The notes beneath the pieces were generated by a model, which was not told where the DNA came from, made no database searches, and saw only the letters and a program-made list of their open reading frames with translations. Made by a program: the position numbers and the translations under genes. DNA of 49,855 nt. Source: Octopus bimaculoides. Taxonomy: Eukaryota. Positions 1 to 10,560 of this stretch are shown here, in pieces. The stretch covers positions 18,328,888 through 18,378,742 of the forward strand of contig NC_068998.1 in assembly GCF_001194135.2 (NCBI RefSeq), in the 5' to 3' direction. Within the stretch, counting starts at the first letter, position 1; every line of letters starts with the position of its first letter.

Positions 1-170
1 TATATACGACGGGCTTCTTTCAGTTTCCGTCTACCAAATCCATTCACAAGGCTTTGGTCGGCCTGAGGCTATAGTAGAAGACACTTGCCTAAGGTGCCAT
101 GCAGTGGGACTGAACCCGGAACCATGTGGTTGGTAAGCAAGGTCCTTACCACACAGCCACTCCTGCGCCT
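1..170 (-). mobile_element. SINE family A, head half (tRNA-derived, CORE-like ttgggcaagtg motif)
   Basis: The reverse complement reads aggcgcaggagtggctgtgtggtaag...gggttcagtcccactg...ggcaagtgtcttctactatagcc. Many homologous copies occur in the window. Confidence 0.9.
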
Positions 171-183
171 ATAATAATAATAA

Positions 184-216
<33 letters not shown>

Positions 217-232
217 GTAGTAGTAGTAGTAG
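171..232. repeat. Compound microsatellite (TAA)n(GAA)n(GTA)n
   Basis: Read directly from the sequence. Confidence 0.95.
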
Positions 233-519
233 TTATCTTTTCATGGATCTTAAGAGAATAAAAATAAGATCTAAACTCACAATACAGGGGAAAGGAATGA
301 CTGTTTTAAAATATACAGTGTTGCACCTGACATTTATGGCAAGTCATATCTCCTCATCACTCCTACAGGGTTATTCACATTTTGTTTTTGCAACAAATTG
401 AATCCAGGTCTTTATCGTAAGAGGCAACCCTGCCCCTGCATTTAATGCAAATGTTTCTGTGGCTTTATGAAGATGAGAGCTCTATATCTTCTTATATTGA
501 CCACTAGTCCATCACAGAT

Positions 520-630
520 GTTATAGAAAGAGAATAAAGAGAATATGAGAAATGACAGAGAGAGGGGCACAAAGAGAGGAAGGCAGATAGAGAGGGAGGT
601 AGGCAGACAGAAAGAGAGAGAGTAAAAGGG

Positions 631-663
<33 letters not shown>

Positions 664-950
664 NNNNNNNNNNNNNNNNNNNNNNNNNNNNNNNNNNNNN
701 NNNNNNNNNNNNNNNNNNNNNNNNNNNNNNNNNNNNNNNNAGAGAGAGAGAGAGGTATAGAGAGAGAGAGGAAAAGAGAGAGAAGTAGATGAAAAGAGAG
801 AGAGAGAGGTAAAGCGAGGAAGGAGAGAGTGGAGGGGATGAAAAATATGGAAAATGGAAAAAGATAGGAGAGAAGAGGAAGAGACAAACAGAAGTAGAGA
901 CAGAAAGTGAAGAAAGACATTGGAGTAAAAGAGGAAATAAGGGAAACAAA
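520..950. repeat. GA-rich purine tract with (TA)n and (GA)n flanking a gap
   Basis: Read directly; low-complexity polypurine. Confidence 0.9.
664..740. other. Assembly gap (N run)
   Basis: N run between (TA)n and (GA)n. Confidence 1.
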
Positions 951-1228
951 TTAATTAACTGAAGGGATCAATATAAAATTTAAGTTTTAAACTGAAGTTT
1001 AATACAACAAAAAAACAAAAAGAATAAAAGAAAAACCAAAAAAGGAATTGCCAACTGGCACAATTTTGTGAAACAAAATTAGGGATGAGATAACATGCAA
1101 ACAACTTAGAGACACAGACAAATAAGTTCTAGACAAGTCATGTCTAAAATCTAATTTGAATTGCTGGTTATAATGTTCACTGAACACGATGAAAATTGTT
1201 GAGAAAGGCACGAACATAAATATCCCAT

Positions 1229-1614
1229 ATCATCATCATCATCATCATCATTGTCCTCATCATCATTTAATGTCCATTTTTCCATGCTTACATGAGGTAG
1301 ATGTTTTTCTAAAGCTGGATGCCTTTCCTATCACCAACCCTCACCTCTTTTTCCCAAGCAAAGTAAAATTTACCCATGGCTAGACATGTCTTCACAGAAT
1401 ATTGAAAATGAATGACACTGTTGCCAAGACAACAACACTCATTTGCAACTATTACTTGATATCAAGACAAAGACACACACACGCACGACGGGCTTCTTTC
1501 AATTCCTGTCTGCCAAAATCTACTCAGAAGGCTTTGGTTGACCTGAAGCTATAGTAGAAGACACTTGCTCACAGTTGGGAAGCAAACTTCTTACCACACT
1601 GCCATGTCTGTGCT
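1229..1614 (-). mobile_element. Composite SINE: family A head, distinct body, RTE-like tail with (GAT)n
   Basis: 1485-1614 matches the A head. 1229-1345 matches the tail motif gctggatgcc(c/t)ttcct..accaac and ends in (CAT)n. The same architecture occurs at 9265-9643 on +. Confidence 0.8.
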
Positions 1615-2124
1615 CTTAAACTTTTTAAAGAAATGTAATATCAGAAAACTGTGAGACTTGTAGTTAGAGGAAATCTACCATTTTACAAATGAGCATTACA
1701 TAAATACTGCAAAAAAACAACAAAATGAAAAGAGTAAATTTAAAACACCATTCTAAACTGCCAGCAGGTTTATTACAAATAAGCTGATTTTCAGACTTGT
1801 TTATCAACTGTGTGAAAAGACAAAAGATTAAAATTAATAAAAAACTCCCCAAAAACTGTTGAATCATTTAGCAAGCCTGATATAGCAGAACGTAAAGCAA
1901 GCTTTTGAAAACCTGGTTTAAGAATTCATTTTGATTCTAGTTGGAGCTGGTTTATTCAGCTGTGAGTCATGAGTGAGTATGGGTTGGTAACATGTACCAT
2001 GCTTTTACTGATTGTTTTAGGTGCCTATGTAGTCGTGAGTAGACACTGTTGACACCCTCTCAGCCTCTTCACCTATGACCCTGTGAAACACCAAGGATGT
2101 GACAGCTGGAAGAAGAGAAAGTTG

Positions 2125-2222
2125 CATCAGCACCTGGTTGGTACTCATTACAGCTGAGCAGACTGGAGCAACATAACATTAAAATATCTTGCCCAAGAAT
2201 TGAACCCATAGCTTTATGATCA
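2125..2222 (-). mobile_element. SINE family E fragment
   Basis: The reverse complement resembles the copies at 19136-19405 (tRNA-like head, gcaaga/gcaaaa...gttgctccagtc..ctcagctg). Confidence 0.55.
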
Positions 2223-3339
2223 TGAACTGAATATCCTAACTACAACACCACAATATATAATATCAATGCACTGAATTTAATTGAATAATACTAAATTGCA
2301 ATGACAATTGTGGAGAATAGCAGTTACATCAAATATCTGGCTCTTAAAGAGGTAATTGAAGCAAATTATGGTTTTGTGATGTATACTTAAATTCTGTGTG
2401 TCTTAGTTCACAGCAGGGAATATGTAGCAGATCTGGTAATGTTATCCAGGAGATTTATCTCTCATTCAAATTGCCAGTAAGAAAACGGAGTTAAGAACCA
2501 ACCCATGAAAGACTTTTACAATTAACTTTCATAAAATGGTTGGCTGATACTCAGGAGTTTTTAAAGACACATATAACAGTTAAAAGAATCCTACACTCTT
2601 TTACTATCCAAGAAAGGATGGAGCAGGGTAGTAGATATATAAACGTTATATAGTACAGGTAATTTCACTCAATTAAGCCTCAATCAATTATGTATATGCT
2701 GGTCAAACCTGAAGAAAATAATTATATGTCTGAAACTGCCCTACACTTGAGTTCATTAATGTTGCTAATACTCTCATGTAAAGCTCAGGACAACAATTAC
2801 ATTTCTCATTTTTTCTCTTCCCATCCCTACCAAAAGTAAAAAAAACACGCAAACAAATTAGCCTTGATACCTATCAGGAAGAAGTAATTGGGAATTGGGA
2901 AGCAGTTTAATGTATCATTTTTGGTAGCTGATGGTAGAATTAAAGAGATAAGGAGCAAGACGATTTCAGAAGTAAATATGGTCCTACACATATAGATAAT
3001 TATGTTCTATATATCTCATTGATTTAAATGTTTAGTCCTTAGCATATTATATTAAGTATCAGTCAGGTATTGGGGTTAGAGACTAAGGCTATGAAACTTA
3101 AAAGATCATCTCAGTGAATTTTAAAATGGATGTGGATGTAACCCCTTCAACGGCCACAACATTCCTATGAGAAGCAGCAACCTCAAGTACAATTAGCTTT
3201 GAAAGACATGCATCCAGTACAGTTGTGTGTTGTACTCAAGAGAAAATATCACACTATTTTGACAAAATTTGTAGCATGACTGACTATACTTGAAAAATAC
3301 CAAATAAGTCACAGCCATTACATAGTCTGTGGTATTCTC

Positions 3340-3620
3340 CAATGGTGTTTGGCTCTAAAGGGATCTTTCAGTTTGGATGCTTCTGCTCTGCAGGACCATA
3401 ATAAAATAATAAAACGTCCATTCATAATGTCTTCTACTACCTTCCCCTCTACCCTCTTACTCTCTTCCTCATTTGCAATGTTGCATCCTAACCAATACCA
3501 CTTACTTACACACACACCTCTTTCTCTCCCCCCCTCTCTCGCTATTTCTCACTCACTCTGAAGAAGGGCAAATGTCTGAAATCTTAGACTACTTCACTCC
3601 TCACAGCACATTAACTCATT
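3340..3620 (+). mobile_element. Possible Penelope-like terminal repeat relic with a decayed hammerhead motif
   Basis: A pyrimidine-rich tract is followed by CTGAAGA-A-GGGC-AAAT-GTCT-GAAA at 3558-3581. Confidence 0.4.
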
Positions 3621-3730
3621 GAACATATTAGATAATATATGCTACATCTAAGAAAAACAATAGTTGTAGTCAAGGCTAGAAATAATAACATTTGTCATAG
3701 CTTTGCTCAATCAGAGCTGAGATGGTTTAA

Positions 3731-3949
3731 CCTTTTAGCATTGAGATTACTCAGTCAAATGTAATGCTTATTTATTTACATTGCTTTGAATTAATCATGC
3801 ATTATCTTATAGCCTTGAGATTTTAATGGTGTGATTGTTTATATTTAGAATAACATTGTTGGTTAAGTATGAGAGATTGGATCTGGCCAGTTTGAACAAA
3901 AGCAGGTAAAATATTTTGGCCATATACGGTTGGTTTAACTGCTAAAGGG
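3731..3949. mobile_element. piggyBac-like MITE (219 bp)
   Basis: TTAA-CCTTTTAGC ... GCTAAAGGG-TGAA terminal inverted repeats; a homologous copy lies at 46892-47110. Confidence 0.8.
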
Positions 3950-4392
3950 TGAAGCGACAACTGCAACTTGCTTTCTTTCAAACTGTCAGTAAGGCTAAGA
4001 TACCTCAGGTTTTTTTCTTTTGGAGGGGGGGGGGTTAAGTGTTATTTTATTTTCACACTATCAACTATTATATAATACTATCAAACTGGTGGCTGTTTTC
4101 TTGTTATAAAGATTAAGAAAAGTAAAAGAAATACCTTATCACAGATTCAGTTTGTTGCAACAGCAAACAATAGCTTGTCTGATTGCAAAATTTCTAGGTA
4201 ATTAATTTTCTAAGTCACTTGAAATTCATCAGAACTGTAATTAGTACTTAAATATGATGATTATAGCTTTCCAGAGCAAGTCACCAACAGAAAACAAAAA
4301 TAATTACAGAAATATTGTTTTCATTTGTGAAACTGTACAAGATACACCAATCAAAGACGTCTGAAACTCATTATTATTTATAGACTGGTGAA

Positions 4393-4557
4393 GGTGATGA
4401 GCTGGAAGAAGAATTAGGACATTAGACAAAATGCTTAGCAACATTTATTCCAGCTTTACATTCTGAGTTCAAATTCCACAAAGCCAACCAGCTGAGCACT
4501 GAGGTCAATGTTACTGAATTCCCCTCCCCTCAAAATTGCTGGTCTTATGCCAAAATC
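4393..4557 (+). mobile_element. SINE family B, degenerate
   Basis: gagctgg...aaatgcttagc...ttctgagttcaaattcc is shared with the other B copies. Confidence 0.7.
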
Positions 4558-4602
4558 ATAAAGAATAGTTTATCAAGTCGCATATTGGCAAGATAATTGG
4601 AA

Positions 4603-4835
4603 CATCATCATCGGCACCATCATCATTAACATCTAATGTCTGTTTTCCATGCTGGCATGGGTTGGATAGTTTGACAAGAGCTGGCCAGCTGAAGAGCTGC
4701 CTGGGCTCCATGTCTGTTTTGGCATAGTTTCTATGGCTGGATACCCTTCCTAATGCCAACCGCTTTACTGAATGTACCAGGTGCTTTTATGCAGCACTGG
4801 CATAGGTGCTTTTACATAAGGAATGCCTTTGTATT
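4603..4835 (-). mobile_element. RTE LINE 3' UTR, 5'-truncated (family C, (GAT)n tail)
   Basis: tttccatgctggcatgggttgg...gctggatacccttcctaatgccaacc; the same sequence follows an RTE ORF end at 49135-49490. Confidence 0.8.
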
Positions 4836-4884
4836 ATCTCTACAGGCTCTTTACATTCTGAATTCATATCTTGCCATGGCCAAC

Positions 4885-5250
4885 TCTGCCTTTCATCTTT
4901 CAGAAACTGCAAGAATGTGGACTATGAGGAAAGTGTCTGTCATTCCAGTAGTTGTAGGGGCACTTGGAACAGAAACAACCAAGTTCGAGTAATATGTCAG
5001 AGAAATCAGAACTGACATGAGAGCAGAGCAAGCCCAAAAAACCTCTCTGTTGGGGACAACTAGGATTTTGAGACTGGTACTTGGATGTTGAATGTCTCCC
5101 ATGATAATTAACAACCAAGTATCAAAATTTATAATGTGCAGAAAGAGACCCTGTGAGACCTCTGAAAGAAGGTTGCTGTCCACTCTCACAGAATGTACCA
5201 GAACAAACAAAACTGAGCATTCTGAGAAGTAAAAAAAAAAATTAATAAAT
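4885..5250 (+). mobile_element. R4/Dong-clade non-LTR retrotransposon 3' end (C-terminus and 3' UTR)
   Basis: Translates to RMWTMRKVSVIPVVVGALGTETTKFE*YVREIRTDMRAEQAQKTSLLGTTRILRLVLGC*, resembling the R4/Dong C-terminal IPIVIGALG...QKxALLGTARILR motif. It is followed by poly-A and (TAA)n. Confidence 0.75.
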
Positions 5251-5272
5251 AAATAAATAATAATAATAATCA

Positions 5273-5481
5273 CATACTACAGGCACAAGGGCCTGAAATT
5301 TTGGAGGAGAGGGTTAGTCAATTACATCAAACTCAGTACACAACTGGCACTTATTTCATTGACCCCAAAAGGATGAAAGGCAGAATCGACCTTGGTGAAA
5401 TCTGAACTGAGAACATAAAGACAGATGAGATGCCACTAAGTATTTTATCCAGCATGCTAACGAGGCTTCCAGCTCACTACT
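5273..5481 (-). mobile_element. SINE family B
   Basis: ccccaaaaggatgaaaggc..gacct...gaactgagaac...ccagctc is homologous to the young copy at 10837-11067. Confidence 0.85.
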
Positions 5482-5483
5482 TT

Positions 5484-5514
<31 letters not shown>

Positions 5515-5537
5515 GAATAATGATGATGATGATAATC

Positions 5538-5752
5538 CTTTCTACTATAGGTACAAGACATGAAATTTTGAAGGAAGGGGCTAGTTGATTACACTTGCCC
5601 CAGTATTCAACTGGTACTTATTTTATCAACTCTGAAAGGATAAAAGGCAAAGTCAAACTTGGCAGAATTTGAACTCAGAACGTATAGACAAGTGAAATGC
5701 AGCTCAGCATTTTGTCTAGCATGGTAATGATTCTCCCAGCTTGTTACCTCAA
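5538..5752 (-). mobile_element. SINE family B (second of a tandem pair)
   Basis: Same motifs as the preceding copy; separated from it by (TAA)n(GAT)n. Confidence 0.85.
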
Positions 5753-5882
5753 AACTATGTATTTTATCAATCTCATAAGGAATAAAAGGTAAAATTGATC
5801 TGGATATAAAGGGACATATCTTGTATGGAACAAAACATCACAATGTATTTTTCACAGATTTATTCTGGTATTCCTTGCCAAT

Positions 5883-6050
5883 ATGCACACACACACACAC
5901 ACATGCACAGACACAAACACACACACACATGCACAGACACATACATAGACACATACACACAAATGAATAAATATTTATGTACATATAGGTACTTATATGT
6001 GTATTTGTGTACACACACACACACATGCACATGCGCACCCACACATGTAC
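5883..6050. repeat. (CA)n/(TA)n degenerate microsatellite
   Basis: Read directly. Confidence 0.9.
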
Positions 6051-6559
6051 AAAGAAACAATAACATAAAACCTAATTTAATTCTTCTCTTAAACCGCCAC
6101 TATTCTCATTTTTGTATTATTTCTTTTGTTTTCACAGAAACATTGGAGAAACTTAATTAGAAACACATGCTAAATACAATGAACCAACCTGAAATCTGAC
6201 TGCAAGCTGCAATGTGAAGTAGGATGAGATGATATTTATTTTATTAGTTAGAACTTTAGAGAATTTATCATGATGCTTACACAGCATTTTGTTTTTATTT
6301 TGTTTTCCAGATTTATTTTTCCTTTGCTATCTTTTTTCTTTTCTTTTCAGTATTGTTTTTCTTTCAGTTGTGGAAACTTGTTTGCTGGCATTGTTTAAGA
6401 AACTGGAGATTCACAAGCATTTCTTTTTTTTTGTTTTTTGTATCTTGCTGTATTCTGATTTTTAGAATAACTCCACCATAACCTTGTGAGTTGTAAGAGG
6501 TGACTAAAAAGGTTGCCATCTGGTCATGAAGAGCATCCAGCCATATGACACTGTTTCAA

Positions 6560-6780
6560 CCCTTTTCATACCAACAGGCATGAGATTGCCCTTGGTTCTG
6601 TGAAACGAACTTCTTGTTCGAAAATTATCTAAATTAAAACTTTCTATTAAAATTTCATGTTAATTTATAATTCAGATATCATTTCCATAACAGCAAGTTA
6701 TTTTATTAAATTCTTCATTAGTTTCAAAATCAATTGAAACAAAGGTAGAATATCTCAACAGAAATATAGTAACAAAAGGG
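6560..6780. mobile_element. Second piggyBac-like MITE family
   Basis: CCCTTTT at 6560-6566 and AAAAGGG at 6774-6780; the flanks are degenerate TTAA (TCAA and TTTT). Confidence 0.55.
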
Positions 6781-7143
6781 TTTTTTAAAAATCTTGCCCA
6801 GCCATTGCCAAGATGAGGAATCTAATGTACAATGGAAATCAAGAAAGAAAGAAAGAAATATGATTTTTATGACTGTATGATTGGCAAGGTTTGCTTATAA
6901 TTAAGGAACTATTGAAGAACAGACGAAAGTGAAGAAACAAACATGATTCAGGAAGTGTAGATAATCACATGTCCTCCTACGCAATTTAGCACTAGACTCT
7001 CTTAGCAAACCTTTGAACTTTCCAAATTTAAGATCTTTGTATCAAAACATTCTTGAATAATGTCAAAATTTAACAGATATTTGGATGCTGAGGAGAATTA
7101 CACTTTCCCCCCCCCCCCCAACACATACACATATACGTATGTA

Positions 7144-7600
7144 TTGGGTTGTCTAGAATGTTCGTGCCGATTTATAGTAGCTTACCATTCGACTTATTTT
7201 AGAACAAGGTTGAGTCCATAAAATAGGATTTGACTACACCTCCATTTAGAGCACAGTTTAAGCTATCTTTTTGTGGAAGAAGGTTTATGTTCCTATAACC
7301 TGTGTTAATTCTGTAACCCTTTAAAATGGAAGATAAGAAAGTTCATTTTTGGCATTTGATGCTTTTCTTTTTCTGTAAAGGGAAAAATGCCTCACAAGCA
7401 ACCAAAGAAATATGCGCAGTTTACGGTGATGTTTCTTTATCTGAAAAAACTTTACAGAAGTGGTTCGCAAGGTTCCGAGCTGGAGATTGTAGCCTTATTG
7501 ATAAAGAGTGATCAGGCAGACCATCCACTACAGATGATGACCAAATCAAGTCATTAATTGAGAATAACCCACATTGCACAACCCGAGAATTGGCATACTT
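7144..7600 (+). mobile_element. mariner transposon 5' half (TIR and N-terminal HTH of transposase)
   Basis: TA followed by a ttgggttgtc TIR. The ORF from 7326 reads MEDKKVHFWHLMLFFFCKGKNASQATKEICAVYGDVSLSEKTLQKWFARFRAGDCSLIDKE*SGRPSTTDDDQIKSLIENNPHCTTRELA, typical of a mariner N-terminus. There is an in-frame stop and the copy ends at a (TA/CA) microsatellite. Confidence 0.92.
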
Positions 7601-7782
7601 ATATATGTATGTATATGTATACACACACACACATATATGTGTGTCACAATATATGGATTCAAGTAATCTAGTAGTACTTATAAAAAAGCTCCTTAATGTA
7701 TCATTCTACAAAATACACAGAATATATAGTACGATACAAGAGATGGAAGTAATTTATTTATTATTAAATATAATAATAAAAT

Positions 7783-7995
7783 GGTGAGCTGGCAGAATTG
7801 TTAGCATGCTGGGCGAAATGCTTAGCGGTATTTTGTCTGTCACTGTGTTCTGAGTTCAAATTCTGCTGAGGTCAACTTTACCTTTCATCCTTTTGAGGTC
7901 AATAAATTAAGTACCAGTTACACACTGGGATTGATATGATTGACTTGTCCCCTCCCCACAAAAATGGCTGCCCTTGTCACAAAATTTGAAACCAT
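7783..7995 (+). mobile_element. SINE family B
   Basis: ggtgagctggcagaattgttagc (A-box-like) ... gagttcaaattc (B-box-like) ... cctttcatccttt.gaggtc. Confidence 0.9.
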
Positions 7996-8021
7996 CAAAG
8001 AAGGCAGCGAACTGGCAGAAT

Positions 8022-8212
8022 TGTTAGCACGTTGAATGAAATGCTTAGCGGTATTTCGCCTGTCGCTATGTTCTGAGTTCAAATTCCACTGAGGTCGACT
8101 TCACCTTTCATCCTTTCAGGGTCGATAGAATAAGTACCAGTTGAACACTAAAGTCAAGTAATCAATTCATCCCCACCTCCCCCAAGCTGACCATGTGGCA
8201 AAAATTTGAAAT
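8022..8212 (+). mobile_element. SINE family B (second of a tandem pair)
   Basis: Direct repeat of 7783-7995. Confidence 0.9.
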
Positions 8213-8544
8213 AATTAATAACTATAATAATATAAATTATTTACATGTTTTTAAGTTACAAAACAATTTATCGCAATATTAGAATTTTCTTATTGTTAAT
8301 TAAAATTTCCTCAAAATATTTCTGTATGTGTATGTGTGTGTGTGTATGTCTGTGTGTTGGTACATATATGGATGTATATGTGAACGAACATGAATGTATA
8401 TATATAGGCTGAATCTTAAAGGTCAGCTAAGGGCAATTGCATGTATAACCAACCATGAAGAACAAATTAACAATACAAAGAAATCAAATGCTAATCCCTT
8501 AAAACAGCAACTAGTTTAACAGTAGCAGAATTTCCATCCCATTA

Positions 8545-8720
8545 TATCTGCACATTCAAGATGGTTGGCATTAAGAAAGGGCATCTGACCATAGAAGCCA
8601 TGGCAAAGCAAACAATAGAGCTTGGCACAGCCCCCTGGCTTGTCAGATCCTGTCCAACTATCCAACCCATGCCAGCACGGAAGATGAAGGTTGAATAATG
8701 ATGGTGATGAAGATAATAAT
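8545..8720 (+). mobile_element. RTE 3' UTR copy (family C)
   Basis: gttggcattaagaaagggcatctg...ccaacccatgccagcacggaa...atgatg tail. Confidence 0.8.
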
Positions 8721-8729
8721 AATATATAC

Positions 8730-8794
8730 AGAGAGGAAGAGAGAGCACAAAAGAAAGTAGAGAGAGAAGGGTTGGGAGAGAGAGGAGAGGAAGA

Positions 8795-8858
<64 letters not shown>

Positions 8859-8895
8859 AATGGGAGAGAGACAGAGGAAGGAGAGAGAGAAAGAT
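8730..8895. repeat. (GA)n purine tract
   Basis: Read directly. Confidence 0.95.
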
Positions 8896-9264
8896 AGTTA
8901 TAGACAAATATGTACATATCATTCATATGTAGATGTAAGATCTGAATAATAAGCCTTTACAATAAGAAAAACCATTACCAGGTTCAACAATCCCACATTG
9001 AAAATAACTTGACGTGTATTATCAGTGCTATTCTATACTATAATCAGTGAATAATTGTATCGAGTTCAGTAATGTAATTGTGTGAGACATGTCAGTATAA
9101 TTAGTCCATTCTTATTGTGCATTTATTTTTTGTTCAAACAGGTTGATATATTTGAAGACAACAAGCTCTAAAGCTAGAGCCCACCCAAATAGATAGATTA
9201 TCTAATTGTTAAGATAACTGAATAAACATTATCCAATTGTTAGATAATATTGCTAATAATTGTT

Positions 9265-9643
9265 ATAGGCACGGGCATGGTTGTGTGGTTGAGAAGCTTG
9301 GTACCGGGTTCAATCCCACTGTATGGTACCTTGGGCAAGTATCTCCTACTATAGCTCTAGGCCAATAAAAGCCTTGCAAGTGGATTTGGCAGGTGGAAAC
9401 TGAAAGAAATCCATTGTGTGTGTGTGTGTGTGTGTGTGAAGGAAAGAGAGTGTTGATGTCTTCTTGATAGTTGTAAATGAGTGTCACCATCAAACGATGG
9501 TGTTGTTTGTTTCCTATCTTCTGTGAAATCAGGTGAGGGTTGGTGATAGAAAGAGCATTCAGCCACAGAAAATCTGCTTCAAAAAATTCTGTTTGACCCA
9601 TGCGAGCATGGAAAAAAATGGATGCTTAAAACAACAATGATAA
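9265..9643 (+). mobile_element. Composite SINE: A head, (TG)n, distinct body, RTE-like tail
   Basis: A head at 9265-9415; the tail gaaagagcattcagcc...gacccatgcgagcatggaa mirrors 1229-1614. Confidence 0.8.
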
Positions 9644-9772
9644 TGTTAGAAACAGAATTGAAGTGGCTGAGTGGATAAAGCATTCGAGCATATTTTACCA
9701 CTGCATCTCAGAATATCATATTTTATTCAGTGAATCAAGACACAGAAAAGAGGTCGAGAACTTCTGGGAAAG

Positions 9773-9803
<31 letters not shown>

Positions 9804-9964
9804 CATGTGCATGCACAGTGTGTGTGTGTGTGTTTGTGTATGCATGTCTGCATGTGCATGATTTAATTTACAGTTAAAATACTAATAGGAATCAATCCAG
9901 TTATCTATTGTTTACTGAGTTGACAAGCTACTATATAGAATAATTCCTAGTCTCTTATTCATAT

Positions 9965-10280
9965 ATCTCTTTTTTTAAGCCTGGTACTTATTCTATTGGT
10001 CTCTTTTGCCAAACCACTAAGTTACAAGGATGTAAACACACTAACACTGGTTAAGTGGTGGAGGGGGACAAACACAGATACAAATGCACCCCACCACACA
10101 CACACATACGACAAGCTTCTTTCAGTTTCCGTCTGCCAAATCCATTCACAAGAAGACACCTGCCCAAATTGTCATGCAGTGAGAAGTCACTTGCCCAAAA
10201 TGCCATGCAATGTGACTGAGTCCAGAACACAGTGGCTGGCAGGCAAGATTCTTAATCACATGGCCATGCCTGAACCTATA
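9965..10280 (-). mobile_element. SINE family A (canonical body)
   Basis: Homologous to the young copy at 29090-29471. Confidence 0.85.
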
Positions 10281-10324
10281 CAAATACTTAGAAATAATCC
10301 ACTGGTTCACCATATATCATATGT

Positions 10325-10560
10325 TATCTTTTATCTTTTACTTGTTTCAGGCATTTGACTGCAGCCATGCTGAGGTATCACCTTGGAGAGTTTTAGTCAA
10401 ACAAATCGGCACCAGGACTCTTTTTCCTGGTTTTTAAGTCTAATACTTATTCTATCAGTCATTTTTGCTGAACTGCTAAGTTACAGGAATGTAAATACAC
10501 CAACACCGGTTGTCAAGTAGTGGTGGGGGACAAACATAAACACACATAGATATATACATA
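10325..10560 (-). mobile_element. SINE family A body (3' half)
   Basis: tcttttacttgtttcag.catttgactgcagccatgctg tail motif. Confidence 0.85.

Noticed and set aside
126-949. ORFs of 72-142 aa with poly-I/R/S and Leu/Ser-rich translations
   Set aside because: They are translations of a SINE end, trinucleotide arrays, (GA)n and an N gap.
4181-4240. Minus-strand CTGATGA...GAAAATTAATT resembling a hammerhead
   Set aside because: Stem II cannot be formed adjacent to the core and stem I does not pair; likely chance or too decayed to call.
7783-8212. Repeat-spacer-like recurrence suggesting a CRISPR array
   Set aside because: These are tandem SINE copies in eukaryotic DNA, with no short regular repeats, unique spacers or cas genes.
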